Shown here: positions 17,900 to 27,743 of the stretch, piece after piece
Numbering within the stretch: the stretch's first letter is position 1
Layout: every line of letters starts with the position of its first letter
Source of the DNA: Minisyncoccota bacterium
GTDB taxonomy: Bacteria > Patescibacteriota > Minisyncoccia > Phycocordibacterales > DATDWN01
Direction: 5' to 3'
NCBI GenBank assembly: GCA_036517395.1
Contig: DATDWN010000016.1
Coordinates: 11,262-75,261, forward strand
DNA: 64,000 nt
Program-made: the position numbers and the translations under genes
Notes under the pieces: generated by a model
Database searches by the model: none
Told to the model about the DNA's origin: nothing
What the model saw: only the letters and a program-made list of their open reading frames with translations

Positions 17900-20159
17900 G
17901 CCTTTTTTTCTCTTCCTGCAAAATTTCTAGTGCGCGGGGAAGTTCTATTGTGTACACATCATCTTCTTTCAGAGAGCGAAAATCTTTTTGATGTACTATG
18001 TATGGCCCGAAACGTCCAATGTTTGCCGTTATCTTTTCACCGGTATCAGGATGAACCCCCAAGACTTTCGGAAGCGACAAATATTTTAGTGCATCAGCCA
18101 ATGTCACCGTGCTCAAATCTTTCTCTCTCGGTATTGATGCCATTTTTGGCTTAATTGCTTTTTTCGAACCCTTGCCCTTCACCCTCTCTCCAACCTGAAC
18201 ATATGGCCCGTACTTTCCAATATTTACAAAAATCGGCAAACCAGATTCCGGATCAACTCCTACGGGTTCATCCTTTTTAATCTCCTCTCCCGCCATAGTC
18301 AAAGCACCTTCACAGTCAGGATAGTTAGAACAGGAAAGAAACTTGCCGTTTCGAGAAAGTTTTATAATCATATCTTTGCCACATTTTGGACATCGGAATT
18401 CGAGACCGGCGTCACCCAGGTTTGTGATCTTATCAATTTTTTCCTTGGCTTTTACATCGGCCAAAAATGGCTTATAAAAAGTAGCCAATGTTTTTACATA
18501 TTCTTCCTTACCCTCGGCTATGAGGTCGAGTTTATCTTCCATGTCAGCCGTGAAGCTGTCGCTTATGTACTCGGCAAAATTTGCTTCCAAAAAACTAGAT
18601 ACAACATCGCCCGTGTCAGTGGGTACCAGTGCCTTGCTCACTTTCTCCACGTAACCTCTATCCTCCAAAGTTTTTATGGTTGAAGCGTATGTACTAGGCC
18701 TTCCTATGCCTCTTTTCTCAAGTTCCTTAATCAATCCTGCTTCAGAGTATCTTCCTGGTGGTTCGGTCTGCTTTTCTTCTGTATTAATTTTTTTCAAATT
18801 AAGAGCCTCACCGATTTTGACTTTTGGCAATTCAACATCATCTCCTCGCGAAGCCGGATCTCCGAGGAGCCATCCAGCAAATTTAATTTGCGAACCAGTT
18901 ATAGAAAAATCCGGAATATGTGTGTCAAGGACAGTCCTTGACATTGACACATTTGCTGATATTTTGGTTCGAAGTGTCAGAGCATCTTTCATTTGCGATG
19001 ACACAGTTCGTCGCCATATGAGCTTATAAAGTTTTTTCTGTTCATCATTAAAACCGACATGCTCGGCTTCAAAATGTGTTGGGCGTATAGCCTCGTGCGC
19101 CTCCTGTGCGTTTTTGGATTTAGTTGCAAATTTTCGTATTTGTAAATATTCTTTACCAAACTTTTTCTCCACCACTGCCGCAATCTGTGCTATAGCAACA
19201 CCACTCAAGTTTGTCGAGTCCGTGCGCATGTATGTAATATGTCCACACTCATATAATTTCTGTGCAATACCCATTGTTCTTGATGGAGAAAATCCTAGCC
19301 GTGATGATGCTGTCTGTTGAAGTGTGGAGGTTATGAAAGGCGCACGAGGGGATTTTTTCACATCCGTCTCTTTTACATCTTTCACAAACCAGCTGTTTTC
19401 CTTTCCTCCCTTTTCTGCAATTTCCACAATCCGCTCCATTTCTTTTTTATCTGTTGGTTCTTCTTCGCAGACAACAGTAAAAATCTGTTTTCCCCTAGGC
19501 AACGCCTCGGGAGATTTATCTGAGGTATCCGAGGCGTTGCCTAGGGAAGAGATCTCTGCTGAAATAATCCAGAAAGCATGAGACTTAAAAGCCCGGATTT
19601 CTCTCTCGCACTCCATGATAATGCGCAGAGCGGGGGATTGGACGCGTCCGGCAGAGAGGCCATATCGTACTTTTTTCCATATCAAACCCGACAAGTCGTA
19701 TCCCACGAGCCTATCGAGGACTCGCCTTGCTTCCTGCGCTTGTCGCAAATTCTGATCGATATCCCGTGGATTTTTCAAAGCTTCCTCTATCGCTTCCTTA
19801 GTAATTTCCTGATATGAAACCCTCTTCACTTTTTTGTTATGTACTATATGTTCTGTGCCCTTATCATTAATAAGTTCTGCCAAGTGCCATGCTATCGCCT
19901 CACCCTCGCGGTCGGGGTCAGTTGCAAGCAGAACTTCACTGGACTTTTTGGCCAAAGCTTTTATACCATTGACCACTTTCTCCTTGCCTTTGGAAATTTC
20001 ATAGTGCGGCACGAAACCACCCTCGATGTCGATGGCCACTTTGTTCGACTTTGGCAAATCACGAACATGGCCGACAGAAGCAACCACTTCATATCCACTT
20101 CCAAGATATTTTGAAATAGTCTTGGCTTTGGCGGGGGACTCAACGATAAGTAACTTCAT
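17874..20159 (-). CDS. topA: DNA topoisomerase I
   Basis: Toprim 'LLIVESPAKAKTISKYLG', active-site region, C-terminal Zn ribbons 'CPKCGKDM', 'CSNYPDC'. Confidence 0.9.
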   Translation of the reverse strand: MKLLIVESPAKAKTISKYLGSGYEVVASVGHVRDLPKSNKVAIDIEGGFVPHYEISKGKEKVVNGIKALAKKSSEVLLATDPDREGEAIAWHLAELINDKGTEHIVHNKKVKRVSYQEITKEAIEEALKNPRDIDQNLRQAQEARRVLDRLVGYDLSGLIWKKVRYGLSAGRVQSPALRIIMECEREIRAFKSHAFWIISAEISSLGNASDTSDKSPEALPRGKQIFTVVCEEEPTDKKEMERIVEIAEKGGKENSWFVKDVKETDVKKSPRAPFITSTLQQTASSRLGFSPSRTMGIAQKLYECGHITYMRTDSTNLSGVAIAQIAAVVEKKFGKEYLQIRKFATKSKNAQEAHEAIRPTHFEAEHVGFNDEQKKLYKLIWRRTVSSQMKDALTLRTKISANVSMSRTVLDTHIPDFSITGSQIKFAGWLLGDPASRGDDVELPKVKIGEALNLKKINTEEKQTEPPGRYSEAGLIKELEKRGIGRPSTYASTIKTLEDRGYVEKVSKALVPTDTGDVVSSFLEANFAEYISDSFTADMEDKLDLIAEGKEEYVKTLATFYKPFLADVKAKEKIDKITNLGDAGLEFRCPKCGKDMIIKLSRNGKFLSCSNYPDCEGALTMAGEEIKKDEPVGVDPESGLPIFVNIGKYGPYVQVGERVKGKGSKKAIKPKMASIPREKDLSTVTLADALKYLSLPKVLGVHPDTGEKITANIGRFGPYIVHQKDFRSLKEDDVYTIELPRALEILQEEKKRRGFKKKSK

Positions 20160-20198
20160 AGCTATTGATTATTACCTCAAAAAAAATATTTGTCCAAT

Positions 20199-20350
20199 TT
20201 TATCTGCGACGAGAGAGGAGCGCGTGAATGTGTAATCACATTCACAGCGTCCGAACGAGGAGTAGCAATGGTAAAAACCCCGCCCCTCTGGGGCGGAACA
20301 GGGGTCCAGGGCTTGCCCTGGGGTTTCATACCATTGATTAAAAACAATTG
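20199..20350. repeat. 140-bp structured repeat (family C), copy 1, between topA and dprA
   Basis: Near-identical to 42403-42540; hairpins GTGAATGTG-TAAT-CACATTCAC, GCCCC-TCTG-GGGGC, CCAGGGC-TT-GCCCTGG; carries the SD and mini-ORF. Confidence 0.8.
20267..20350 (+). CDS. 27-aa mini-ORF (MVKTPPLWGGTGVQGLPWGFIPLIKNN) inside the 140-bp repeat, perfect SD
   Basis: GAGGAG 5 nt upstream of the ATG. A second copy at 42471 differs by a synonymous CCC/CCA change. Confidence 0.4.
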
Positions 20351-20570
20351 AGCCTCGTGATGGAATCACGAGGCTCTCAAGAACGACGGAGTGTCTTACG
20401 GAGTTGTCTCAACTCCAGTGGCCATTTGCCCGAGCGGACGAGGTGGTCTTCCTACCCACGAATCCTCGACTCGTTTCGACCAACATCTTTCACAGAATGC
20501 TGCTCTTGTTCCTGGTGGGACGAGTGGTCCCCAGTGGTGAATGCACACATTCCCCACTTGAACACAAATT

Positions 20571-21425
20571 CTATTTCAAATGTATCTCACCCATCATTTC
20601 CTCAATCAGTCCCTTTATCTCCATCGTAGCAATTATAGTCTGAGCCGCGTAAACTGGTTTCCCTAGGCGGCGGATTATTTCATCTCGGGAAAGCGGCTCG
20701 TGCAAAAGCTCAATCAGCTCGCGTTCGTCCGTCGAGCAGTCGGAGTAGTCACGCATTTGGACCAGCTCGTCGCGCGGGCGCAGGCCGAGAGCTGTGACTA
20801 TGTCACTTGACTGTGTTATGGGTGTTGCCCCAAGTCGCAGAAGCATGTGTGGCCCCTCGGAAGTTTTGGAAAAAATAGAGTTCGGTACGGTGAAAACATC
20901 ACGGTTGTATTCGGTGGCGTATTTTGAAGTGATGAGTGTGCCTGATTTCAATTCCGCTTCGACAACTAGTGTTGCCTGACTTATTCCCGCAATGATTCGA
21001 TTGCGTTGTGGAAAATTATATGGAAACGAGGGGTAGCTATCTTCAAATTCAGAAATGAGTGCGCCTCCACTTTCTACAATTTCTTCAGCAAGTTTTCTAT
21101 GGCTGTGAGGATATAAAACTTTTTCCGAAAGCCCAGATCCGGGAACCGCCACAGTTGGTAAACCAGTTTTCAGAGCCGCACGATGTCCGATTGAATCAAT
21201 ACCCAAAGCCAGACCGGACACTATGGTAATAGAATATCCACGCAAGCCTTCAATTAATTTCTCACAAACATTTCTCCCATACTCGCTATATTTTCTTGAA
21301 CCAACCACAGATAAATATTTCTCCGTCTTCGGCAACTCGCCCACGATTCGCATTTTTTCCGGCGGGTCGTGTATTTGAAGCAGGAGTGGAGGAAAATCTT
21401 TTTTCAATAAATCTCTAATTTCCAT
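20571..21425 (-). CDS. dprA: DNA processing protein DprA/Smf
   Basis: 'VVGSRKYSEYG...IVSGLALGIDSIGHRAAL' Rossmann-like DprA core. Confidence 0.85.
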   Translation of the reverse strand: MEIRDLLKKDFPPLLLQIHDPPEKMRIVGELPKTEKYLSVVGSRKYSEYGRNVCEKLIEGLRGYSITIVSGLALGIDSIGHRAALKTGLPTVAVPGSGLSEKVLYPHSHRKLAEEIVESGGALISEFEDSYPSFPYNFPQRNRIIAGISQATLVVEAELKSGTLITSKYATEYNRDVFTVPNSIFSKTSEGPHMLLRLGATPITQSSDIVTALGLRPRDELVQMRDYSDCSTDERELIELLHEPLSRDEIIRRLGKPVYAAQTIIATMEIKGLIEEMMGEIHLK

Positions 21426-21520
21426 AGCTTTATTATATTGGAAATTATAAATTAAGTCATTGAAAATTGACTGAAAATTGGAAATTGTAAATTGAAAATT
21501 CCAATAGTGTTTGGTACACT

Positions 21521-22810
21521 ATGGCTATGCTAGATATAAAATTCATAAGGGAAAACAAAGATCTTATTTCTGCTGGAGCTCTAAAAAAGCACATCCAGTT
21601 TGATGTGGAAGCACTTCTCAAACTTGATGACAAGCGTCGTGAGCTTATGACTTCTATCGAGCAGAAGAGGGCCGAACAAAATGAAGTTAGTGAGAAAATA
21701 GTCAAAATCTCTGACAAGGCTGAAAAAGAGCAAATGATAGCCGAGATGAAGTTGGTCAAGGACGAGTTGCAAAAAGAAGAAGAGGAGCTGAAAACGGTTA
21801 TGCACGACTGGCAGGTACTGATGGTAGCTGTGCCAAACATACCCGATATATCCGTGCCTGATGGTGTGGACGACAAAGACAATAAAGAGCTTAAACGATG
21901 GTCTCTTTTTGGGGGCGATATTCCAAAGTTCGATTTCACACCGAAAGACCATATCGAGCTTATGCAAAATCTCGGCATACTCGACATCGAGCGTGGGGTA
22001 AAAGTGGCGGGCTTTCGAGGGTACTTTCTCAGAGGCGATGGCGCAAGACTGCAGTTTGCCTTGTGGAGATTTGTCGAGGATTTCTTTTCCAAAAAGGAAG
22101 GCTTTGTGCCGATGATTGCTCCTACGCTTTTAAAAAGAGAAACTTTTATGGGTACTGGCTATATTCCGCAGGGCGAGGAGGATTTGTATAAAACTCAAGA
22201 TGGCGAATATCTGGCGGGTACGGCCGAAGTCGGAATGATGGGCTACTACATGGATGAAGTTTTGCAAAAAAAAGATTTGCCAATAAAAATGCTTGGATTC
22301 TCTTCTTCTTTTCGTCGTGAGGCCGGAAGTCATGGCAAGGACACTCGGGGTATTTTGCGTGTGCACGAGTTTTATAAATTTGAACAAGTTGTTTTGTGCG
22401 AAGCTTCACACGCCGAGTCAGTAAAATATCATGAGGAAATACAGCGCAATACAGAGGAGATTACGGAGGCTTTGGGTTTGCCATATCACGTCGTAGCGAA
22501 TTGTGGAGGGGATCTCGGGTTGGGACAGGTCAAAAAATATGATATCGAAGTCTGGCTTCCATCGGAAAATACGTATCGCGAGACAGGCTCGGCTTCTTAC
22601 TTTCACGATTTTCAGACTCGTCGCTTAAACATCCGCTACAAAGATGACGACGGCAAAATGAAGTTTGCTCACTCGCTAAACAATACCGCTCTTTCTGGTA
22701 GGCCACTTATTATGATTGTAGAAAACGGACAGCAGGCTGATGGTTCGATAAAAATTCCAAAAGTGCTTCAGCCGTACATGAACGGTCAAACAACTATTTC
22801 AAGGAAATAG
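21521..22810 (+). CDS. serS: seryl-tRNA synthetase
   Basis: N-terminal coiled coil and class II motifs ('FRREAGSHGKDTRGILRVHEF', 'GRPLIMIVENGQ'). Confidence 0.9.
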   Translation: MAMLDIKFIRENKDLISAGALKKHIQFDVEALLKLDDKRRELMTSIEQKRAEQNEVSEKIVKISDKAEKEQMIAEMKLVKDELQKEEEELKTVMHDWQVLMVAVPNIPDISVPDGVDDKDNKELKRWSLFGGDIPKFDFTPKDHIELMQNLGILDIERGVKVAGFRGYFLRGDGARLQFALWRFVEDFFSKKEGFVPMIAPTLLKRETFMGTGYIPQGEEDLYKTQDGEYLAGTAEVGMMGYYMDEVLQKKDLPIKMLGFSSSFRREAGSHGKDTRGILRVHEFYKFEQVVLCEASHAESVKYHEEIQRNTEEITEALGLPYHVVANCGGDLGLGQVKKYDIEVWLPSENTYRETGSASYFHDFQTRRLNIRYKDDDGKMKFAHSLNNTALSGRPLIMIVENGQQADGSIKIPKVLQPYMNGQTTISRK

Positions 22811-22888
22811 TTGTAATTTAGACTTTTTAATTTAGAATTTAAAAATTAAGTCTAAATTCTAAATTTTAAATTAAAAATTTACTACCTT
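22811..22888. repeat. AT-rich palindromic repeat (family D) 5' of the ftsQ-like gene
   Basis: AATTTAGACTTTTTAATTTAGAATTTAAAAATTAAGTCTAAATTCTAAATTTTAAATT; a similar copy lies at 23792-23875. Confidence 0.65.
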
Positions 22889-23791
22889 ATGATTTCCTCA
22901 ACTTCGTCATCACTCTCTCACGAGGTATACCTGAGAAAAAAGAGAAACAAAAAACTTTTTCGGTATGGGTTAATTATTTTTATCATCGTAGCTCTCGTCG
23001 CTCTTGTTTCTTATGTTTCTCACAGACCACAGATTCGTATATCAAAGGTTGAACTTTCTGGAGGTGTTTTGGTTACAGAGACCGATGTCGATGCCAAATC
23101 CCGAGAGTATTTGTCCGGCTCGTATCTCTGGCTTTTCCCAAAGAACAACACTTTTTGGTATTCCGAGGGAGGCCTAGCGGACTATCTCAAGGAAAGTTTT
23201 AAAAGAATTGACACCATAAGTATTCACAGAAAAGATCTGAAAACTTTGGTGGTGGAAATAAAAGAACGCAAACCAGTAGCCATGTGGTGCGAAGGTAATC
23301 CAGGAGAAGTGCGACCAAGCTTGAATGCTGGGTCAGAAGTGCAACCGAGCGGGAGCGAGGGCGTACTGAGCTCAGCAGAGCGAACGTGCTATTTCCTAGA
23401 CCAGAATTCAACCATTTTTGCCAAAGCCCCAAACTTCTCGGGTGATGCCTATTTCAAATTTTATGGTTCGATTTCCGGAAACAATCCAATCGGCACGGAA
23501 TATATAGCAAGTAGCACAGAGTTCGCCGAGCTTTCTGATTTTATAATAAAGACAAAACAACTTTCACTTCGGCCTCAATATATGATTGCAAAAGATGGCG
23601 GGGAATTTAGTCTAGTTATTGCCGGTGGCGGACAGATTATGTTTGATATGCGCTTGCCCTTAGCAACTGTTGCTCAAAATCTTGAAGCGCTTTTGCGTAC
23701 ACAAGTATTGGCTACTAGCACAAGCGGAGTTCTCCCTGTCGAGTATATTGATCTGAGATATGGAAATAAGCTATTTTACAAAATAAAATAG
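22889..23791 (+). CDS. FtsQ/DivIB-like cell division protein (TM + POTRA)
   Basis: N-terminal TM, POTRA-like 'IRISKVELSGGVLVTETDV', beta domain. Confidence 0.55.
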   Translation: MISSTSSSLSHEVYLRKKRNKKLFRYGLIIFIIVALVALVSYVSHRPQIRISKVELSGGVLVTETDVDAKSREYLSGSYLWLFPKNNTFWYSEGGLADYLKESFKRIDTISIHRKDLKTLVVEIKERKPVAMWCEGNPGEVRPSLNAGSEVQPSGSEGVLSSAERTCYFLDQNSTIFAKAPNFSGDAYFKFYGSISGNNPIGTEYIASSTEFAELSDFIIKTKQLSLRPQYMIAKDGGEFSLVIAGGGQIMFDMRLPLATVAQNLEALLRTQVLATSTSGVLPVEYIDLRYGNKLFYKIK

Positions 23792-23875
23792 CAATTTAAA
23801 ATTTAGACTTTAAAATTTAAAAATTAACTATAAATTCTAAAGTCTAAATTTTAAATTTATAATGTTGAACTTCTC
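23792..23875. repeat. AT-rich palindromic repeat (family D) 3' of the ftsQ-like gene / 5' of dus
   Basis: Direct near-repeat of 22811-22888. Confidence 0.65.
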
Positions 23876-23900
23876 GTCTAAGTTAAGATAATTTATAAAT

Positions 23901-24962
23901 ATGAACTTCTGGCATCAACTCAAACGCCCTATCATGGTTCTCGCGCCCATGGCTGACGTAACGGATGCGGCTTTTCGTCGCATCATTGCAAAATATGGTA
24001 AGCCGGACGTCATGTGGACAGAATTTGTTTCGGCTGACGGTCTGTTTATGGGAGGATATGAACATCTAATAAAAGATCTGGCTTTCACAGAAGCCGAGAG
24101 ACCTATCGTGGCCCAATTTTTCACAAGTAAACCGGAGATGATGGAGAAAGCGGCGGAGCTGGCGTGTGATCTAGGTTTTGATGGGATAGATATAAACATG
24201 GGATGTCCCGACAAATCAGTGGAAAAGCAGGGAAGTGGTTCAGCTCATATAAAAGATTATAAAAATGCTCAAAAAATTATTCGCGCGGCCATGAGAGGTG
24301 CGGAGAAAGCATTCCAAAGGTCCGACCTTAAAAACCCAAACTCCCAAGGTCGGACCTTGGGTCCCATACCCGTTAGTGTCAAAACGCGTATTGGTTACAA
24401 TAAAAATGAACTTGATACATGGCTACCGGCACTTCTTGAGACCAATCCCGCGGTGATAACAATCCATGCACGAACCAGAAAAGAAATGTCCTCTGTTCCT
24501 GCTCGTTGGGAGCATGTGAAGGAAGCTGTGGAGATAAGAAATAAATTTTTTGATTCTAGTGGCAAGAAAAGTCAGACGCTGATTTTTGGCAATGGAGATG
24601 TCGTAGGCACTGATGACGCTAGGAGAAAGTGTGAAGAAACCGGATGTGACGGTGTCATGCTCGGTCGCGCGATTTTCGGAAACCCGTGGCTTTTTAACAA
24701 ACCACTCCAGATGTCAAGGACAGTCCTTGACACGAAAGATAAGGAGGTCTCGATTCCAGAAAGGTTGAGAATAATGGTTGAGCACACGAAACTTTTTGAA
24801 GAAATATTGCCATACAAAAGTTTTGCAATAATGAAAAAACACTACAAAGCCTACGTGACGGGTTGGCCTGATGCAAAAGAACTAAGATTGAAACTGATGG
24901 AAGCCAAAGATGCTGGGGAAGTGGAGGCTGTTGTGGGAGAGTATCTAGCTAGTCTGACTTGA
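23901..24962 (+). CDS. dus: tRNA-dihydrouridine synthase
   Basis: 'MVLAPMADVTDAAFRRI', 'GFDGIDINMGCP', TIM-barrel Dus motifs; contains two palindromic in-frame segments. Confidence 0.85.
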   Translation: MNFWHQLKRPIMVLAPMADVTDAAFRRIIAKYGKPDVMWTEFVSADGLFMGGYEHLIKDLAFTEAERPIVAQFFTSKPEMMEKAAELACDLGFDGIDINMGCPDKSVEKQGSGSAHIKDYKNAQKIIRAAMRGAEKAFQRSDLKNPNSQGRTLGPIPVSVKTRIGYNKNELDTWLPALLETNPAVITIHARTRKEMSSVPARWEHVKEAVEIRNKFFDSSGKKSQTLIFGNGDVVGTDDARRKCEETGCDGVMLGRAIFGNPWLFNKPLQMSRTVLDTKDKEVSIPERLRIMVEHTKLFEEILPYKSFAIMKKHYKAYVTGWPDAKELRLKLMEAKDAGEVEAVVGEYLASLT

Positions 24963-25299
24963 CTTATTTTTCATATAAGCAGATTCTATAAGTAGAAATC
25001 ACAGGTATGGGGTAGCGGGATACTGCGGGATGTTTCCCGGCGACCCATAACTGGGTCTTAATGGCTCTCGCGTTTCTTACTGTGATTTTTAGGGCTTGAC
25101 GTGCTGGGGCGTCTTGGGGGCGTCGGTATGTGCATGAAGTGCACGCCGATTTACATAGCTCCGAGACGCAGCTGGTGTCTCCCCGCATTCTCTGAAAGGA
25201 GATTGCAATCGCTAGATCAGACTTTATACCTCGGGGTCGGGACGAGACCCCGAGGTATCCAACGCCGACTCGCATACGAGCGGTGTTTTTTGTTATACT

Positions 25300-25440
25300 A
25301 TATCCGCACACTAACTTTGCTCTCGTTGCATTCAGTCTCAAAATATAGATGTATATCTTAGATTTAGATATAATTTCTAACTTTTGCTTGATTGTTAATG
25401 TGGCAACAGGGAGACAAGAGCAAAGTTAGTGTGCGGATAA
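25300..25440. repeat. family A MITE-like element, copy 1 (TIR TATCCGCACACTAACTTTGCTCT), abuts dnaX ATG
   Basis: Terminal inverted repeats; right end GTGTGCGGATAAATATG includes the dnaX start codon. Confidence 0.8.
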
Positions 25441-25442
25441 AT

Positions 25443-26462
25443 ATGTCAGAAGCTCTCTATCGAAAATACAGGCCGAAAAAGTTTGGCGATGTCATCGGTC
25501 AGGATCACATCGTCAAGGTCCTAGAAGCCGAGGTCAAGTCGGGAGACATCTCTCATGCTTATCTTTTTTCTGGTACTCGAGGAACGGGCAAGACCTCTGT
25601 AGCTAGGATTTTTGCAAGCGGAATCGGAACATCACCAAACGATATTTATGAAATCGACGCGGCTTCAAATACTTCGGTTGAGGATGTTCGGGCGTTGAAC
25701 GAGTCAGTTTTCACGTTACCCTTTGAATCAAAATACAAAGTCTATATATTGGACGAGGTCCATATGCTTTCCAAGTCGGCTTCAAACGCTTTGCTTAAAA
25801 CTCTGGAGGAGCCACCAACTCATGTGGTTTTTATTCTTGCCACCACGGAAACCCACAAGATTTTGGAAACTATTTTTTCTCGATGTGAGGTTTACGCTTT
25901 CAAAAAGCCTTCTCAAGAAATTTTGAAGAAAGTTGCAATGGCAACGGCCAAAAAAGAAGGATATGGAATCGACGAGCCTTCAGCCGAGATCATCGCACTT
26001 CTCGGTGACGGCTCTTTCAGGGATACACTGGGGATTGTTCAGAAGATTTTAGCATACTCCCAAAGTAAGAAAATATCCGAAGAAGAGGTTCGTCTGGTTA
26101 CTGGTGCTCCGGCAATCGAACTGGTCCATGGCGTGGTCTCTGCCATTGCCGAAAAAGATTTACTCAGCGGTTTAACTGTTGTAAAAAAAGCAGTTAGTCA
26201 AAATATAGATATGTCCGTATTTCTAAAACTCATACTCCATACAACTCGCGCGGTTATGTTGGTGCGATTTGGCGCAGGAAACTCTGTCAAAGATGATTTG
26301 TCTGAAAAAGAGTTTGAGTTTGTTTCGGGTCTAGCCAAGACGGGCGATAATTTCTCGTCCCAAACCCTGGTCGAACTTTTGACGGCGTATGAACGCACGA
26401 CAGGTGCGTATATTTCACAACTTCCTCTTGAACTGGCGTTAGTAACCATTTGTTCTAAATAA
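25443..26462 (+). CDS. dnaX: DNA polymerase III gamma/tau subunit (short form)
   Basis: 'YRPKKFGDVIGQDHIV', 'GTRGTGKTSVARIFA', 'ILDEVHMLS', 'FILATTE'. The ATG is fused to the MITE terminal repeat. Confidence 0.85.
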   Translation: MSEALYRKYRPKKFGDVIGQDHIVKVLEAEVKSGDISHAYLFSGTRGTGKTSVARIFASGIGTSPNDIYEIDAASNTSVEDVRALNESVFTLPFESKYKVYILDEVHMLSKSASNALLKTLEEPPTHVVFILATTETHKILETIFSRCEVYAFKKPSQEILKKVAMATAKKEGYGIDEPSAEIIALLGDGSFRDTLGIVQKILAYSQSKKISEEEVRLVTGAPAIELVHGVVSAIAEKDLLSGLTVVKKAVSQNIDMSVFLKLILHTTRAVMLVRFGAGNSVKDDLSEKEFEFVSGLAKTGDNFSSQTLVELLTAYERTTGAYISQLPLELALVTICSK

Positions 26463-27629
26463 ATGAAACAACGGCAAAAGTTTAACAAATACAGACCATC
26501 CATATCATTTATTTTTGTTATGTGTGTTTTTATTGTCTCTATTATTTTATATAAAGTTGTTAAAGTTCCAAGGCAACTAGAATTTGTTAGTTTTGCAACA
26601 ACTCCATATCCAGTTCAATACTCGGATGAGCATATTACAGAAAACGCCATAGCTACGGCGCCAAAGTTTCGACAGATAACATTTGCTAATAACGTAAATC
26701 AGTTTGCAAATATCATAAGTTCCATAAATAAAAACAGTGATGTCATAAAATCCGAAGGTCCAGAAAACGGCACATGGTTGTGGACTCCGATTCTTTCTAT
26801 TACTCCACAATACAGAAAAACGATAATATCTAACGCAAAAAACAGGGGAATAAAAAACATTTATATTTCTATTGATTCTTATTTGGATATATATGTTATG
26901 CCTGATGGTTCAGAGAAAATTGCTAAGAAAAAAGCTTTTGATGCTGTGCTTGCGGCGTTTATACAACTTGCAAATAAAAACGGCATAAGTGTTGACGCCG
27001 AGGCTGGTTGGCGAAACTGGGCCGAGGATGGTAATACATACAAAGCTTTTGCTACCGTTAACTATGCTATTGAGTTCAATAAAAACCACCAAACCAAACT
27101 GCGAGGTTTTCAGTATGATGTCGAGCCGTATCTGCTAGATAGGTACAAAAAAGAAAAGGCAGATGTCCTTGTAAGTTTTATAAAACTTGTTGACCAGACG
27201 GTCTCTCAGCTTTCGGATAGCGATTTGCAGTTCATGGTAGTTATTCCAGAGTTTTATGATAAATCAAGTGGCTCACCAAAATTTGTCTACAAAAATGTCT
27301 CAGGGTTTGCCATTGATCACTTGCTTTCAGTGCTAGATCAGAGAGAGGGAAGTAAAATAATTATCATGTCGTATCGCAATTGGAGTCTTGGCGAGGACAG
27401 CTCGGTGGAAATTTCTCAAGACGAGATTAGGACGGCTGATTCTCACCAGACTAAAATAGTAGTGGCTCAGGAAACGGGCGATGTTATGCCATCATACGTC
27501 ACATTTCACAACACTTCTCGAGCTTATCTCAAAAGCCAGACCACCAATATCCAAAAAGCATTTGCAAAAAATAAAAGTTTTGGCGGCTTGGCTGTGCACT
27601 ACATAAATGCGTTCATGGAGCTGAAATGA
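26463..27629 (+). CDS. membrane-anchored hypothetical protein
   Basis: 388-aa ORF with an N-terminal TM helix; no motif recognised. Confidence 0.45.
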   Translation: MKQRQKFNKYRPSISFIFVMCVFIVSIILYKVVKVPRQLEFVSFATTPYPVQYSDEHITENAIATAPKFRQITFANNVNQFANIISSINKNSDVIKSEGPENGTWLWTPILSITPQYRKTIISNAKNRGIKNIYISIDSYLDIYVMPDGSEKIAKKKAFDAVLAAFIQLANKNGISVDAEAGWRNWAEDGNTYKAFATVNYAIEFNKNHQTKLRGFQYDVEPYLLDRYKKEKADVLVSFIKLVDQTVSQLSDSDLQFMVVIPEFYDKSSGSPKFVYKNVSGFAIDHLLSVLDQREGSKIIIMSYRNWSLGEDSSVEISQDEIRTADSHQTKIVVAQETGDVMPSYVTFHNTSRAYLKSQTTNIQKAFAKNKSFGGLAVHYINAFMELK

Positions 27630-27682
27630 TTAATGGAATTGAGTCAGGTGGAATTTACAAATAGGCAGATAGGGCGGTTCCT

Positions 27683-27714
27683 CTTGATACCCACTTAACT
27701 TACGCGGTCGCGAG
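27683..27714. repeat. 32-bp hairpin, left partner of inverted pair flanking the PaaX-like gene
   Basis: CACTTAA-CTTACGCGGTCGCGAGAT-TTAAGTG is the reverse complement of 28329-28360 (1-2 mismatches). Confidence 0.7.
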
Positions 27715-27743
27715 ATTTAAGTGGAGGTGATAATATTTCATAT

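Noticed and set aside
16439-20159. The relA/spoT-topA 26-nt overlap as a recoding signal
   Set aside because: Ordinary out-of-frame gene overlap typical of compact genomes; no slippery sequence seen.
25392-25442. Upstream extensions of dnaX (25392), uvrA (55383), apbE (38796), msrA (41422), uvrC (58163) and xseB (48347) in the ORF track
   Set aside because: The extensions run through repeat elements or start at TTG/GTG; conserved N-termini of these families align with the downstream ATG (xseB: GTG at 48440).
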